From positions 135 to 64,134 of the forward strand of contig CAYRZQ010000021.1 of NCBI GenBank assembly GCA_964428835.1: 64,000 nucleotides of DNA, in the 5' to 3' direction. This DNA is from an uncultured Comamonadaceae bacterium. GTDB taxonomy: Bacteria > Bacteroidota > Bacteroidia > Flavobacteriales_D > Sanyastnellaceae. This document shows positions 10,685-20,344 of the stretch, one piece after another. Numbering within the stretch: the stretch's first letter is position 1; each line of letters opens with the position of its first letter. Under the pieces are notes generated by a model. The model did no database searches. It was not told where the DNA came from and saw only the letters and a program-made list of their open reading frames with translations. Position numbers and translations under genes: made by a program.

Positions 10685-10748
10685 GTCCTCAAACATAAGA
10701 TTTTTTTTCATAAAGTGTACATTGTACACTAATCTTATGTCTGAGGAC
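10685..10748 (-). terminator. long compound hairpin between the GH13 stop and the susC-like start (terminator/attenuator candidate)
   Basis: 18-bp outer stem gtcctcaaacataagatt / aatcttatgtctgaggac (one G-U position) encloses an inner palindrome gtgtaca-t-tgtacac. No U-tract follows on the minus strand. Confidence 0.45.
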
Positions 10749-10764
10749 CTTTGCCTTACTTAAA

Positions 10765-13584
10765 TCACTCGGTGACTAACGCAGTGGTATTCAAAATACC
10801 ATTAGGCGTAATCACGCGCACGATATACTGACCTGCGTCAAATCTGTTTTCAATTCTTGCAGTTTGAACTCCAGAATTTTGAACACCAAGATCATTTCTG
10901 AAAGCGACTCTTCCTTGCATATCGATTACTTCAATCTGCACGCGACCAGCACTGCTCAATTTGTAAGATATGTTCAGGAGTCCATTTGATGGATTAGGAT
11001 AAACCATCATGCTCTCTTTAGCGAAGTTGAGAACTTCTTCCACACCTACAGTAATGTCTGGAGCAGGAAGTTGATAGTCGATGTAAACATGATATTCACC
11101 CGGAGCATAGGTGAATGAGGCGTTGAGGTCATTCACTTGGAAAGATTCTCCGGTAAAGTAATCGTACCAAGTTCCTGTGTGTTGGAATCCAGGAATAAAT
11201 GAAAGCTGATTAACGCTTGTATTTCCAACGATTACAGCGTTCTGAGTGCTACCATTGAGGTGAATTCTCTTACCAAAACCACCAGTGTCCATGTTGAAGT
11301 TGGTAGTGGAGAAAATCGGCTGGGTCAATTTCAATTTGTTTAATGCACTCACTACTTTATAGCATCGTAGTCTGCCTTCCACGTCTTGATAATCCCAACG
11401 GATAGGTTTTCTATCAGTTCTGCAATTAGGGCTGATTGAGCCGTCGCCTGGGCAATAGTTGATGCTAAAGTCGTATCCCAATTCACCAAATTGCCAAATC
11501 ATTTTTGGACCGGGCACTGGAATTAGAAGTGCATGAGCTAATTCTTGGCGCTTGATAGCAATATCAAAGTTTTGGGTGTTGTAGCTTCCTGCGCTGTTAC
11601 CGAAGTTAAGAGTCTTGTACATCACGCGCTCTTCATCATGGCTTTCTGCGTAAGAAATCAAGTGAGGATTGTTCCAACCTCTAGCTTGATAGCTACCCCA
11701 GTTGAGGTCGCTAGCATAACCCATTGCTGCTTCTTCGTATTGCGTTGTCATTTTACCCCAAAGCATCATACCGATATTAGCTAGGGCAGTTTCTTCAGGA
11801 TTGTCGCCAAGGTGCTCAAGGATTACATAAGAACCCGGCTCCACCGTTTGCATGTGGTTATAATAGTCTGTCCAAATGTTTACACGGCTTTGGTCGTATG
11901 CGTTCCAAGCTCCAATGTTTCCGAGCGTATTGTTTTGGGTAAAACCTTTTGAAAGGTCAAAGCGATATCCATCGATGTGGTATTCGTCCATCCAATATTG
12001 AATCACACGCTTTGTAAATGCTCTAACTCGCGGCTGTTCGTGGTTGAAATCGTATCCCACATTGAAGTCGTGAGTAGGTGTTTGGTTAAACCAAGGGCTT
12101 TCGGCCGTAGGCTGACCGAATTGTCCAGCATCTGGATTGAAATACATTCTAACCATTGGGTTTTGTCCAAAGCTGTGGTTTAGGGCAATGTCTAAGATGA
12201 CTGCTATTCCGCGATTGTGACACTCATTCACAAATGCTTTAAGAGACTCTGGAGTACCGTAAATTTTGTCAGGAGCAAAATAGAAGGAAGGGTTGTAGCC
12301 CCAGCTATTGTTACCCTCAAACTCATTGATTGGCATCAATTGAATGGCATTTATTCCAAGTCTCTCGATGTAATCAAGTGTGTCTGTTAGTGTTTGGTAG
12401 TTTTCTGCTTCGATGAAATCTCTCAACAATAGTTCATACACGATAAGTCGTTCTTTTGGAGGACGCACGAACGCTTGATCCGACCAATTGAATTCTTGTT
12501 GGTTAATTTTAAACACCGATACAGGCTCATTGGTAAGTCCAACAGGATAGGGTGTTAGGTTTGGATAAGTTTCAGCCGGAATCCATGGATCATCCCATGG
12601 GCTCAATATTTTTTCTGCATAGATTTCAGCAACACGCATTCCTTCATCGCCTATGTAATATTGAAAGCGATATTCTTGATTGGGGTCAAGGTCTGTGAGT
12701 TCTATCCAGTAAGTGCTTCCGTCAGGTGTGCGGTTCATTAGATAATCGGTATCGAATGTCCAGTTATTAAAGTCACCGATTACGAAAATGTAATCTTTAT
12801 TTGGAGCGAAAAACTGAAGTCGTACTGTATTGTCGTTGATATAGTTGATACCGTCGATTGTTCCGGCAGGCGCTGCAGCCACGTTTACTGATGGAACAAT
12901 TACCAATAAAATCTGGTCGGTGATGCTTTCTGCACCGCTTACTGCCGTCATCTCCAATAGATACTCTCCAGCGGCAGATTCATTGAAAGTATATGATAAT
13001 GAAGTTTGTTGAGTAGCACTTGCTACTTGCTCACCATTTTGAGTCAATGTTATATCTGCAGCGCTAGATGCATTGCAAACGATATTGATGTTTTGGTTCG
13101 CGTTTACAATTTGATTCGATATGCCAGGAGAGGTGATGGCGGCATTAAAACCTGGTTCGAAGATGTCCACGTAGATGTCGCTGCCATCAGCGTTGCGTCC
13201 TACAAGCGTACCCGATTGATTTCTAAACACGAACATGAGTCGAGTGATTGTCTCACCGGGCTCGAGATCATAAAACGTGGATGGGTTGATGGTGATTCTA
13301 TGGCTACCACCGCCAAGAGGTGTCATCACCACGTTGGGATCAGCTGTTCCCCAATTGCCCACGATGTGGCGCCAATTATTGGGACCAGTGCTTAAATTCG
13401 TAATTACACCAGTGTGCGCATAGACAGGAATTGTTCCGCCAAGCTCTGCGTTGCCACTCGAGGTGTTATAAGTAATTTGAATGTTGTCTGTTTGTGTGGG
13501 AAAAGCAGGCACAGTGGTCAAAATTTGCGCATGCATACCCGTCGATAGCAACAGACTTGCAAGAAGAATGTAGAATGTTCTCAT
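10765..13584 (-). CDS. alpha-amylase family (GH13) glycoside hydrolase with T9SS C-terminal sorting domain
   Basis: 939 aa with GH13 conserved regions (DIALNHS, GYRFDLSKG, YAESHDE). The C-terminus VYPNPSNGLLNISYKL...YIVRVITPNG is a typical T9SS type-A CTD. Confidence 0.85.
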   Translation of the reverse strand: MRTFYILLASLLLSTGMHAQILTTVPAFPTQTDNIQITYNTSSGNAELGGTIPVYAHTGVITNLSTGPNNWRHIVGNWGTADPNVVMTPLGGGSHRITINPSTFYDLEPGETITRLMFVFRNQSGTLVGRNADGSDIYVDIFEPGFNAAITSPGISNQIVNANQNINIVCNASSAADITLTQNGEQVASATQQTSLSYTFNESAAGEYLLEMTAVSGAESITDQILLVIVPSVNVAAAPAGTIDGINYINDNTVRLQFFAPNKDYIFVIGDFNNWTFDTDYLMNRTPDGSTYWIELTDLDPNQEYRFQYYIGDEGMRVAEIYAEKILSPWDDPWIPAETYPNLTPYPVGLTNEPVSVFKINQQEFNWSDQAFVRPPKERLIVYELLLRDFIEAENYQTLTDTLDYIERLGINAIQLMPINEFEGNNSWGYNPSFYFAPDKIYGTPESLKAFVNECHNRGIAVILDIALNHSFGQNPMVRMYFNPDAGQFGQPTAESPWFNQTPTHDFNVGYDFNHEQPRVRAFTKRVIQYWMDEYHIDGYRFDLSKGFTQNNTLGNIGAWNAYDQSRVNIWTDYYNHMQTVEPGSYVILEHLGDNPEETALANIGMMLWGKMTTQYEEAAMGYASDLNWGSYQARGWNNPHLISYAESHDEERVMYKTLNFGNSAGSYNTQNFDIAIKRQELAHALLIPVPGPKMIWQFGELGYDFSINYCPGDGSISPNCRTDRKPIRWDYQDVEGRLRCYKVVSALNKLKLTQPIFSTTNFNMDTGGFGKRIHLNGSTQNAVIVGNTSVNQLSFIPGFQHTGTWYDYFTGESFQVNDLNASFTYAPGEYHVYIDYQLPAPDITVGVEEVLNFAKESMMVYPNPSNGLLNISYKLSSAGRVQIEVIDMQGRVAFRNDLGVQNSGVQTARIENRFDAGQYIVRVITPNGILNTTALVTE

Positions 13585-13606
13585 TATACAGGAAGGGTTA
13601 TTTTTT

Positions 13607-13614
13607 CAAATATA
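13607..13614 (-). promoter_or_regulatory. candidate -7 box (TATATTTG on the minus strand) for the GH13 gene
   Basis: A TAnnTTTG match about 22 nt upstream of the GH13 ATG. No -33 element was seen. Confidence 0.3.
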
Positions 13615-13706
13615 GGTAAGTGTCTTTTGTACACCATCTATTTTTAAGTGAAATTTTTTAAAAAACTACCTTTTCTTTGTTGTCGCTTATTAATACGCTT
13701 TTCACT

Positions 13707-14576
13707 ATGCAACTTTTAGACGGTATCGCGACCTCGAATCTCATCAAAACAAGAATCAAACAAGAAGTCGAAGCCTTGGTACAATCAGGCAAGAGACGCC
13801 CCCACTTGGCTGCGGTTCTAATTGGTGATAATGGTGCAAGTTTAACATATGTAGGTGCAAAAGTGAAGGCATGTAATGAAGTTGGATTTGAGTCCACCTT
13901 AATTCAAAAGGGAGCGGAAATAAGTCAGGAAGAAGTGCTTGGTATTGTGGCACAACTAAATTCGGACGCTAACATTGACGGATACATCGTTCAGTTGCCA
14001 TTACCTTCACATATTAATGAGACTGAAGTATTGCTGGCCATTGATCCTCGAAAGGATGTTGATGGGTTTCACCCTCAAAACGTGGGAAAGATGGCATTGA
14101 ATCTTCCAACTTTTCTTCCAGCCACTCCTTATGGTATCCTTCAACTATTGAAACAATACAACATTGAAACCTCCGGAAAACATTGCGTTGTCGTCGGGAG
14201 GTCTAATATTGTCGGATTGCCAATGAGCATATTGATGCAGCGCAATGCTAGCCCAGGTAATTGCACAGTGACTATTACTCATAGTAAAACCCGCAATTTA
14301 AAGGAGCTTACCTTGCAGGCTGATATCATCATTGCCGCGCTAGGTCGGCCAGAATTTATCACCGCAGATATGGTCAAAGAGGGTGCGGTGATTGTAGATG
14401 TAGGAATTACCCGTGTTGCTGATACCAGTAAAAAGTCAGGGTTTAGACTTGCAGGAGATGTACATTTCGAGTCCGTGGCACCGAAGTGTTCGGCAATAAC
14501 GCCCGTTCCGGGTGGCGTTGGTCCCATGACCATTGCCAGTTTGTTGATGAATACTCTTCAGGCGGCAAAGAATTAA
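13707..14576 (+). CDS. folD: bifunctional methylenetetrahydrofolate dehydrogenase/cyclohydrolase
   Basis: [11 protein letters not shown] start at the first ATG (the track ORF begins at an upstream TTG, 13677). It contains [31 protein letters not shown] and [10 protein letters not shown]. Confidence 0.9.
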   Translation: MQLLDGIATSNLIKTRIKQEVEALVQSGKRRPHLAAVLIGDNGASLTYVGAKVKACNEVGFESTLIQKGAEISQEEVLGIVAQLNSDANIDGYIVQLPLPSHINETEVLLAIDPRKDVDGFHPQNVGKMALNLPTFLPATPYGILQLLKQYNIETSGKHCVVVGRSNIVGLPMSILMQRNASPGNCTVTITHSKTRNLKELTLQADIIIAALGRPEFITADMVKEGAVIVDVGITRVADTSKKSGFRLAGDVHFESVAPKCSAITPVPGGVGPMTIASLLMNTLQAAKN

Positions 14577-14611
14577 GCAATCCTTAGAAAAAACGTAACC
14601 ATTGATTTCTA

Positions 14612-14642
14612 GTTCCGTAACAAGTTACAACTTGCACGGAAC
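14612..14642 (+). terminator. hairpin 36 nt after the folD stop (terminator candidate without U-tract)
   Basis: gttccgtaacaagtt..aacttgcacggaac forms 7 + 5-6 bp with a small internal loop. Confidence 0.3.
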
Positions 14643-14858
14643 CGCCTCCTTTGATGCAGGGAGATTTAAACCACAACACAATGATTACGCTAACATTTTC
14701 CAGAGTAAAAAAAATGCTTTTATGGTCTGTAACGCTTGTAAGCGTGTGGATGCTTTTGCGCCCATAGGTATTACTCAAAGCCTCTTTGAAACATTTTAGA
14801 GAAATCTTCGTTGAACCTAAAAAATAAAATTCAAACCCTGACTTTAATACATACACAA

Positions 14859-15011
14859 ATGAGACATCAAAATGAATGGGCACACGCCGTACTCCAAAGA
14901 TTGATCATCGTATTCCTTGGATTATTGACTTTAGGAGTGGTAATGCAATCATGCACCACACACAGTCACGCAAGTTGTGCCGCTTATGATAAAGTGGAAG
15001 TGAAGGAGTAA
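14859..15011 (+). CDS. possible small lipoprotein (50 aa)
   Basis: MRHQNEWAHAVLQRLIIVFLGLLTLGVVMQSC has a hydrophobic core followed by Cys. The track ORF starts at TTG 14811. No homology evidence is available to me. Confidence 0.3.
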   Translation: MRHQNEWAHAVLQRLIIVFLGLLTLGVVMQSCTTHSHASCAAYDKVEVKE

Positions 15012-15015
15012 TTAA

Positions 15016-15861
15016 TCACTTTAGATATTCCATCACTATCGCTCTTGCATCGCTCGCAGCCTTCACATCGTGAACGCGAAGCAGAGATGCACCATTCAAA
15101 AGAGCAATCGTATTGGCAGCAATGGTACCGTTCAGCGCGTTCTCAACATCAGTTTGGGTAACGCGCTGAATCATTTTTTTTCGAGACATTCCTGCCAGAA
15201 TCGGGCAATCTAAAAGCTTCAACTCTGCTAGATTTCTCAATATTTCGAAATTATGTTCTTGCAGTTTAGCAAAACCAAACCCGGGGTCAATAACAATATC
15301 AGCAACCCCTAAAGCTCTCAGTTTCTTTATTTCCTCAGAAAAAAATAAAATGAGTTCCCCTACGACATCAGAATAGGAGGCTTGCTCCTGCATTGTTTGG
15401 GGATCACCCTTCATGTGCATTAGAATGTAAGGAACCTTCGCATTTGCCACTGTTTGATACATCTGTGCATCAATACTTCCTGCACTTACATCGTTTATGA
15501 TGTGGGCGCCTGCGTCTATTGCCTTTCTGGCTACGTCAGAATAAAACGTATCAATAGATAGTATTGCTTCTGGAAATTCTTTGCTCAAGAGATTAAAAAC
15601 ACTTTCTACTCTCTGCCACTCGATATCGGCATCAACCCGTTCAGCTCCGGGGCGTGTGCTCTGTCCGCCAATATCCAAGATCTCAGCACCATCGAGCAAC
15701 ATCTGTTCCGCAGCTTTTAAAATAAAACCTTCGCCCATGCGGCTGCCCTCAAAAAAAGAGTCTGGGGTAATATTCATAATTCCCATGATAACGGGCTTTT
15801 CAAAGCGTTTCAACGCTCCGCCAATGCGAATGGTGAATGGAACAAATGACTTTTTATTCAA
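15016..15861 (-). CDS. folP: dihydropteroate synthase
   Basis: 281 aa with IMGIMNITPDSFF, ILDIGGQSTRPG and VIDPGFGFAK. Confidence 0.9.
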   Translation of the reverse strand: MNKKSFVPFTIRIGGALKRFEKPVIMGIMNITPDSFFEGSRMGEGFILKAAEQMLLDGAEILDIGGQSTRPGAERVDADIEWQRVESVFNLLSKEFPEAILSIDTFYSDVARKAIDAGAHIINDVSAGSIDAQMYQTVANAKVPYILMHMKGDPQTMQEQASYSDVVGELILFFSEEIKKLRALGVADIVIDPGFGFAKLQEHNFEILRNLAELKLLDCPILAGMSRKKMIQRVTQTDVENALNGTIAANTIALLNGASLLRVHDVKAASDARAIVMEYLK

Positions 15862-15875
15862 AATATGATTGATTT

Positions 15876-16451
15876 ATGGCAAATTTGCGCAACAAATATA
15901 TTCCGACAGTGAATCAAACCTCCCAACAATATGATCAGGCGATAGCTTTATGTCGCGACCTTTTTTCAAAAAAGACCACAGACTATGGCACCGCATGGAG
16001 AATCTTGCGAACTAAAAGTCTTACGGACCAGATTTTTATTAAGGCTCAACGCATTAGAACGCTGGAGGAAAAAGGAATTTCTAAGGTAGGCGAGGGTATA
16101 GAAGACGAATTTATTGGAATTCTCAACTATTCTGTAATGGCACTTATTCAAATGGAGTTGGACAAAGATGCTCCCTTGGAGCTCGAACCAACCCTCGCGA
16201 TAAAGCTGTACGACGAACAAGTCGCCATTACCAAGAAACTCATGATGGATAAAAATCATGATTATGGTGAGGCTTGGAGAGATATGCGTGTTTCGTCTTT
16301 CACAGACTTGATTTTGATGAAGCTTTTGAGAATAAAACAAATTGAGGATAATCAAGGAAAGACAATCGTATCGGAAGGAATCGACAGCGGATATCGCGAT
16401 ATGATTAACTATTCCGTTTTTGCTTTGATTAAAATGGTTATAGAAAATTAA
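15876..16451 (+). CDS. DUF1599 domain-containing protein
   Basis: 191 aa with an internal duplication (KTTDYGTAWRILR..LTDQIFIKAQRI and KNHDYGEAWRDMR..FTDLILMKLLRI), as in DUF1599. It is divergent from folP across a 14-bp gap. Confidence 0.75.
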   Translation: MANLRNKYIPTVNQTSQQYDQAIALCRDLFSKKTTDYGTAWRILRTKSLTDQIFIKAQRIRTLEEKGISKVGEGIEDEFIGILNYSVMALIQMELDKDAPLELEPTLAIKLYDEQVAITKKLMMDKNHDYGEAWRDMRVSSFTDLILMKLLRIKQIEDNQGKTIVSEGIDSGYRDMINYSVFALIKMVIEN

Positions 16452-16533
16452 AGATAGTTAATTGAAGGTTAAAAGGTTTTTTGCGAAACAACCTCTGAAT
16501 CATAATTGTGCTCTCTAAAACAAAAATAGACTT

Positions 16534-17886
16534 ATGAAAATATTTATTGCCATCTGTAGAATTATCGTAGGTTCACTATTCATTGTCTCCGGATTAATCA
16601 AGGTGAATGATGTAATTGGTTTTTCTTACAAGCTGGAAGAATATTTCAGTGTAAAGGCATTGGGTTATCCAGAACTTCTTCCATACGTGATTCCAATCGC
16701 TATGTTCATCGTAGTAGGCGAAGTGCTACTTGGTGTGGCTACATTGCTGGGAGCTTGGCCAAAACTGACGTCAAGTTTGCTTTTATTTATGACATTGTTT
16801 TTTGCTTGGCTCACGTGGTACACTGCCAATTGTGATCCGATGCAACTGAAAATCTTCACAGCGGTTGATGGCACTTATTTTATCGATACCCCTGAATGTG
16901 TGCTCAGTTGTGGCTGTTTTGGCGATGCTATAAAGCTAACGCCGATGGAGTCTTTTTATAAAGACATTTTCTTGTTGCCATTCGTACTGCCATTCTTTTT
17001 TGCAGCATTTTTCAATAAAGTAAAATTGAATACATGGAAAGAAGATGCATACATCATTGTTTCTTCTCTTGTGTTGGTTGCTTTGTTTGGAGCTCTCAAA
17101 TTGGATTGGAATTTCCCAGCTGTATTTGTTGTTATTGCTTCTCTCGCTGGTTTGGCGGTTAAGAAGCTGGCAGGTGAAAAGCAGTGGTTGATGGCAATTG
17201 CAGTGACTATTGTTTGCGCCTTCACACAATACTGGACTTATGTTCATTTGCCTCTTAAGGACTACCGCCCCTACGCTATTGGTCAAGATATAGTTGAAAA
17301 TATGAAGTCGGCTGAGGAATTGGGGCTTGAGCCTCCCAAGTTTCTTACTTTCTATACATTGAAAAATATGAAAGGTGAAACGAAAGAAGTCGATAGCGAG
17401 CGATACCTTTCTGAAAACATTTGGAAGGATACAACCTGGAAGATCATGACAGATTTGACCTACACTAAAAAAGTGGCTGATGGGTATGAAGCAAAAATTC
17501 AAGATTTTACAGCGCTTGATTCAGACGGAAATGAAATTAAAGACGAAATCATCGCGCATCCAGGAGTCTTCATGTTGGTGATGTGGAATATTGAAGAAAC
17601 CGATCGCGATCATCTAAAGGAGATAGCAGAGTTCGCCAACAAGGCACAGGTGAACGGTAAGGCATTTTATGGATTTACAACGGCTTCTTACGATGAGTAT
17701 GAGCCATTGAGACACGAGTACTCATTGGCGTTCCCATTTTTGCAGGGCGACGAAAAAGTATTGAAGACCATGATACGCGCGAACCCTGGTTTGGTTTATT
17801 GGGAAAATGGTAAGGTCGTGAATATGTGGGCAAGCTGCGATGTTCCAGACTACGATAAAGCTGCTGCAAATGGCTTTAAGCCGTAA
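16534..17886 (+). CDS. DoxX-like membrane protein with thioredoxin-like C-terminal half (BT_3928-family-like)
   Basis: 450 aa with an N-terminal DoxX-type start (IVGSLFIVSGLIKVND), several TM helices and a soluble C-terminal half. The family name is recalled from memory and was not searched. Confidence 0.6.
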   Translation: MKIFIAICRIIVGSLFIVSGLIKVNDVIGFSYKLEEYFSVKALGYPELLPYVIPIAMFIVVGEVLLGVATLLGAWPKLTSSLLLFMTLFFAWLTWYTANCDPMQLKIFTAVDGTYFIDTPECVLSCGCFGDAIKLTPMESFYKDIFLLPFVLPFFFAAFFNKVKLNTWKEDAYIIVSSLVLVALFGALKLDWNFPAVFVVIASLAGLAVKKLAGEKQWLMAIAVTIVCAFTQYWTYVHLPLKDYRPYAIGQDIVENMKSAEELGLEPPKFLTFYTLKNMKGETKEVDSERYLSENIWKDTTWKIMTDLTYTKKVADGYEAKIQDFTALDSDGNEIKDEIIAHPGVFMLVMWNIEETDRDHLKEIAEFANKAQVNGKAFYGFTTASYDEYEPLRHEYSLAFPFLQGDEKVLKTMIRANPGLVYWENGKVVNMWASCDVPDYDKAAANGFKP

Positions 17887-17889
17887 TTG

Positions 17890-18993
17890 ATGCTGAGATT
17901 TATATTAAAGAAAATTGGTTACAGCGCCCTAGTTCTCTGGGGCGTTGTTACATTGGTATTTTTCCTTTTCAATTTAAGTCCTGCAGATCCTGTTCGAAAT
18001 CTTGTAGGAGAGAATGCCCCAGAATCAGTGGTAAAGGCCATGCAGCGTAAGCTCGATCTGGACTTGCCTTTGGGCACGAGATACTTTTTGTACCTCAATG
18101 ATCTTTCCCCACTTTCTTTTCATGACGCACTTCACAAGGATTCACGAGTGTTTTATGACAGCGAGAAGTATAGTGGAATGAAGGTGGTTCCTTTGCCCAA
18201 TGACTGCGGGATATATTTAAAAGCACCGTATCTCAAAAGATCTTTTTTGTCAGAAAGAAACGTTTCAGAAATTTTAGCTGATGTAATTCCGGGCACTGCT
18301 GTTTTGGCTATTTTATCGATTCTCTTGGCTATGATTTTTGGTGTTTTTCTCGGAGTTATCGCAGCAGTTAAAAAGGATACATGGATTGATCGCATGTTAC
18401 TTTTCGTCTCTGCATTAGGTATGGCCGGACCTTCTTTTTTTGTGGCAATATTGGTAGCATGGGTTGGAGCAGTCTTATGGAGAGATCAGATTTCCATACC
18501 CTTTACTGACTGGTCTTTGCCAGGCACTGGTTTGAATATGACAGGAAGTTTGTATAGCGTTGATGTTTGGAAAGGGGAGTATCTTAATCTTCAAAATTTG
18601 ATACTGCCGCTTATCACGCTTGCTGTTCGTCCGTTGGCTGTTATTGTACAACTTACAAGAAGTTCGCTGCTCGAAGTGATGAGCATGGATTTTATTCGAA
18701 CTGCACGTGCCAAGGGATTATCAGAAACACAAATAATTATGCGACATGCGCTTCGTAACTCGCTCAATCCAGTCATTACCGCCATTAGTGGCTGGTTTGC
18801 TTCATTACTTGCGGGTGCTGTATTTGTGGAGTTTGTATTTGGATGGAAAGGACTCGGTCAAGAAATGTTCACAGCAATAGAAAAACAGGATTTACCGGTG
18901 GTGATGGGTGGAGTAATTGTTATCTCATTTGCTTTTGTATTCATCAACTTAATCGTTGATGCTATTTACAAATGGATCGACCCACGGATTTAA
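17890..18993 (+). CDS. ABC transporter permease (oligopeptide/dipeptide DppB-type)
   Basis: N-terminal motif ILKKIGYSALVLWGVVTLVFFLF and EAA-like loop FIRTARAKGLSE..IMRHALRNSLNP. The ATG at 17890 follows the TTG used by the track. Confidence 0.85.
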   Translation: MLRFILKKIGYSALVLWGVVTLVFFLFNLSPADPVRNLVGENAPESVVKAMQRKLDLDLPLGTRYFLYLNDLSPLSFHDALHKDSRVFYDSEKYSGMKVVPLPNDCGIYLKAPYLKRSFLSERNVSEILADVIPGTAVLAILSILLAMIFGVFLGVIAAVKKDTWIDRMLLFVSALGMAGPSFFVAILVAWVGAVLWRDQISIPFTDWSLPGTGLNMTGSLYSVDVWKGEYLNLQNLILPLITLAVRPLAVIVQLTRSSLLEVMSMDFIRTARAKGLSETQIIMRHALRNSLNPVITAISGWFASLLAGAVFVEFVFGWKGLGQEMFTAIEKQDLPVVMGGVIVISFAFVFINLIVDAIYKWIDPRI

Positions 18994-19856
18994 ATTAGTT
19001 CTTTAACTCCAGTATATTTTTTTGCGGAATCGTTCAGGAGTTGAATCATCTTCTTGGACATGTCATTGTAGTAGCGCTTCGTGCGGTAAGCAACAACCCA
19101 TTCAATTCCTTTTACTGCATTTGTCAAGAATATTTCGTCAGCAGCCAGTAAGTTTTGAGGATTCAATGTGCATTCGTACACTTTGATTTTATTATCCAAA
19201 GCGATATTGATGATATTCATTCTCATCGTGCCGGCGATGCATCCATCAGTAAGCGAAGGAGTGTATAATACGCCATTTGAAACGATAAATAGATTGCTTG
19301 AGATAGATTCGATGATAGCGAATTTATTATTCTGAATCAGTGCATCATCGAGGTTTTTCTCCTTGCTGTGCAAGGCAGCCATGATGTAAAGTTGAGCGTT
19401 GAGGGATTTGAAGATGCTCAGCTTATTTACATCTTTTTTGAAGTCTGTAAAAATATCAACGGTCTTACCGATGGGGTTTAATATGAATTCATTTTCCAGC
19501 AGCGGCTCCGACTCAATAAGGTAGTTTACGTCGTCACTATGCGGAAGATAATATCCGGTTGACTTGCGATAGAAAGTGATACGCACCCGACCACCCTTTG
19601 TAATATTATTTCGGGAGAGCAGACCTTGAATTTGATTGCGGAGTAGTTCGAGAGAAAAGTTCTCTGCGGCCATCATTTTATAGGCCTTAATGGTATCAGT
19701 AATTCGGGAGAAGTGATTTTCCAGGAAAAGAACTTTGCCATCGACTACGCGCATGGATTCAAAGAAACCATCTCCCAGGCGAAACGCACGGTTGTCCTTG
19801 GCTATAAAAGCCTGATGTTCGTTTACATATTCTCCCTTGTGAAAGACGTAGCTCAT
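18990..19856 (-). CDS. class IV aminotransferase / aminodeoxychorismate-lyase-like (PabC-like)
   Basis: 288 aa with FRLGDGFFESMRV, NLFIVSNGVLYTPSLTDGCIAGTMR and EIFLTNAVKGI. Confidence 0.75.
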   Translation of the reverse strand: MSYVFHKGEYVNEHQAFIAKDNRAFRLGDGFFESMRVVDGKVLFLENHFSRITDTIKAYKMMAAENFSLELLRNQIQGLLSRNNITKGGRVRITFYRKSTGYYLPHSDDVNYLIESEPLLENEFILNPIGKTVDIFTDFKKDVNKLSIFKSLNAQLYIMAALHSKEKNLDDALIQNNKFAIIESISSNLFIVSNGVLYTPSLTDGCIAGTMRMNIINIALDNKIKVYECTLNPQNLLAADEIFLTNAVKGIEWVVAYRTKRYYNDMSKKMIQLLNDSAKKYTGVKELI

Positions 19857-19860
19857 GTGC

Positions 19861-20343
19861 TTATTCCAGGCCCCGAATATAGTCTAATAATGCTGAATTT
19901 GTAGGAATTTTAATGCCCTTCACCCCAACTTTTGCAGCACACTCAATATCTCTATCGCGATCACCTATCATGACGCTCACTGCGGTATCTATTTTATGGC
20001 GATGTATAGCGCGCTCCATCATGAGGCTTTGAGGTTTTCTGCTGAGAGAATTGCTCAACTCGCTATGGTAGGGCGAGAAGAAGATATCGGTGATTTTTAC
20101 GCCAGACTTCTCACATTCTTTTTTAAAAAAATCATGGATGCGGTGCACTTCGGATTCGGCATAAAGTCCCTTGGCAATTCCACCTTGATTGGTGATTAGA
20201 ATAATCATATAGCCTTTGTCTTGAGCCATTTTGAGAGCTTCAATTACAGTAGGCAGAATATGAAATTCTTCTAGGCTATAAGTGTAATCGCCGGGGTCAT
20301 GATTGATGACACCATCGCGGTCGAGAAACAGTCCTTTGTTCAT
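19861..20343 (-). CDS. HAD-IIIA family phosphatase (GmhB-like D,D-heptose bisphosphate phosphatase)
   Basis: MNKGLFLDRDGVIN (DxDx motif), ITNQGGIAKG and IGDRDRDIE. The start is moved to the internal ATG at 20343. Confidence 0.8.
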   Translation of the reverse strand: MNKGLFLDRDGVINHDPGDYTYSLEEFHILPTVIEALKMAQDKGYMIILITNQGGIAKGLYAESEVHRIHDFFKKECEKSGVKITDIFFSPYHSELSNSLSRKPQSLMMERAIHRHKIDTAVSVMIGDRDRDIECAAKVGVKGIKIPTNSALLDYIRGLE

Positions 20344-20344
20344 G

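Noticed and set aside
15966-17502. Antisense ORFs of 129 aa (in DUF1599) and 188, 89 and 69 aa (in the DoxX-like gene).
   Set aside because: They are embedded in better-supported sense genes, and their composition is typical of antisense reading of AT-rich membrane-protein genes.
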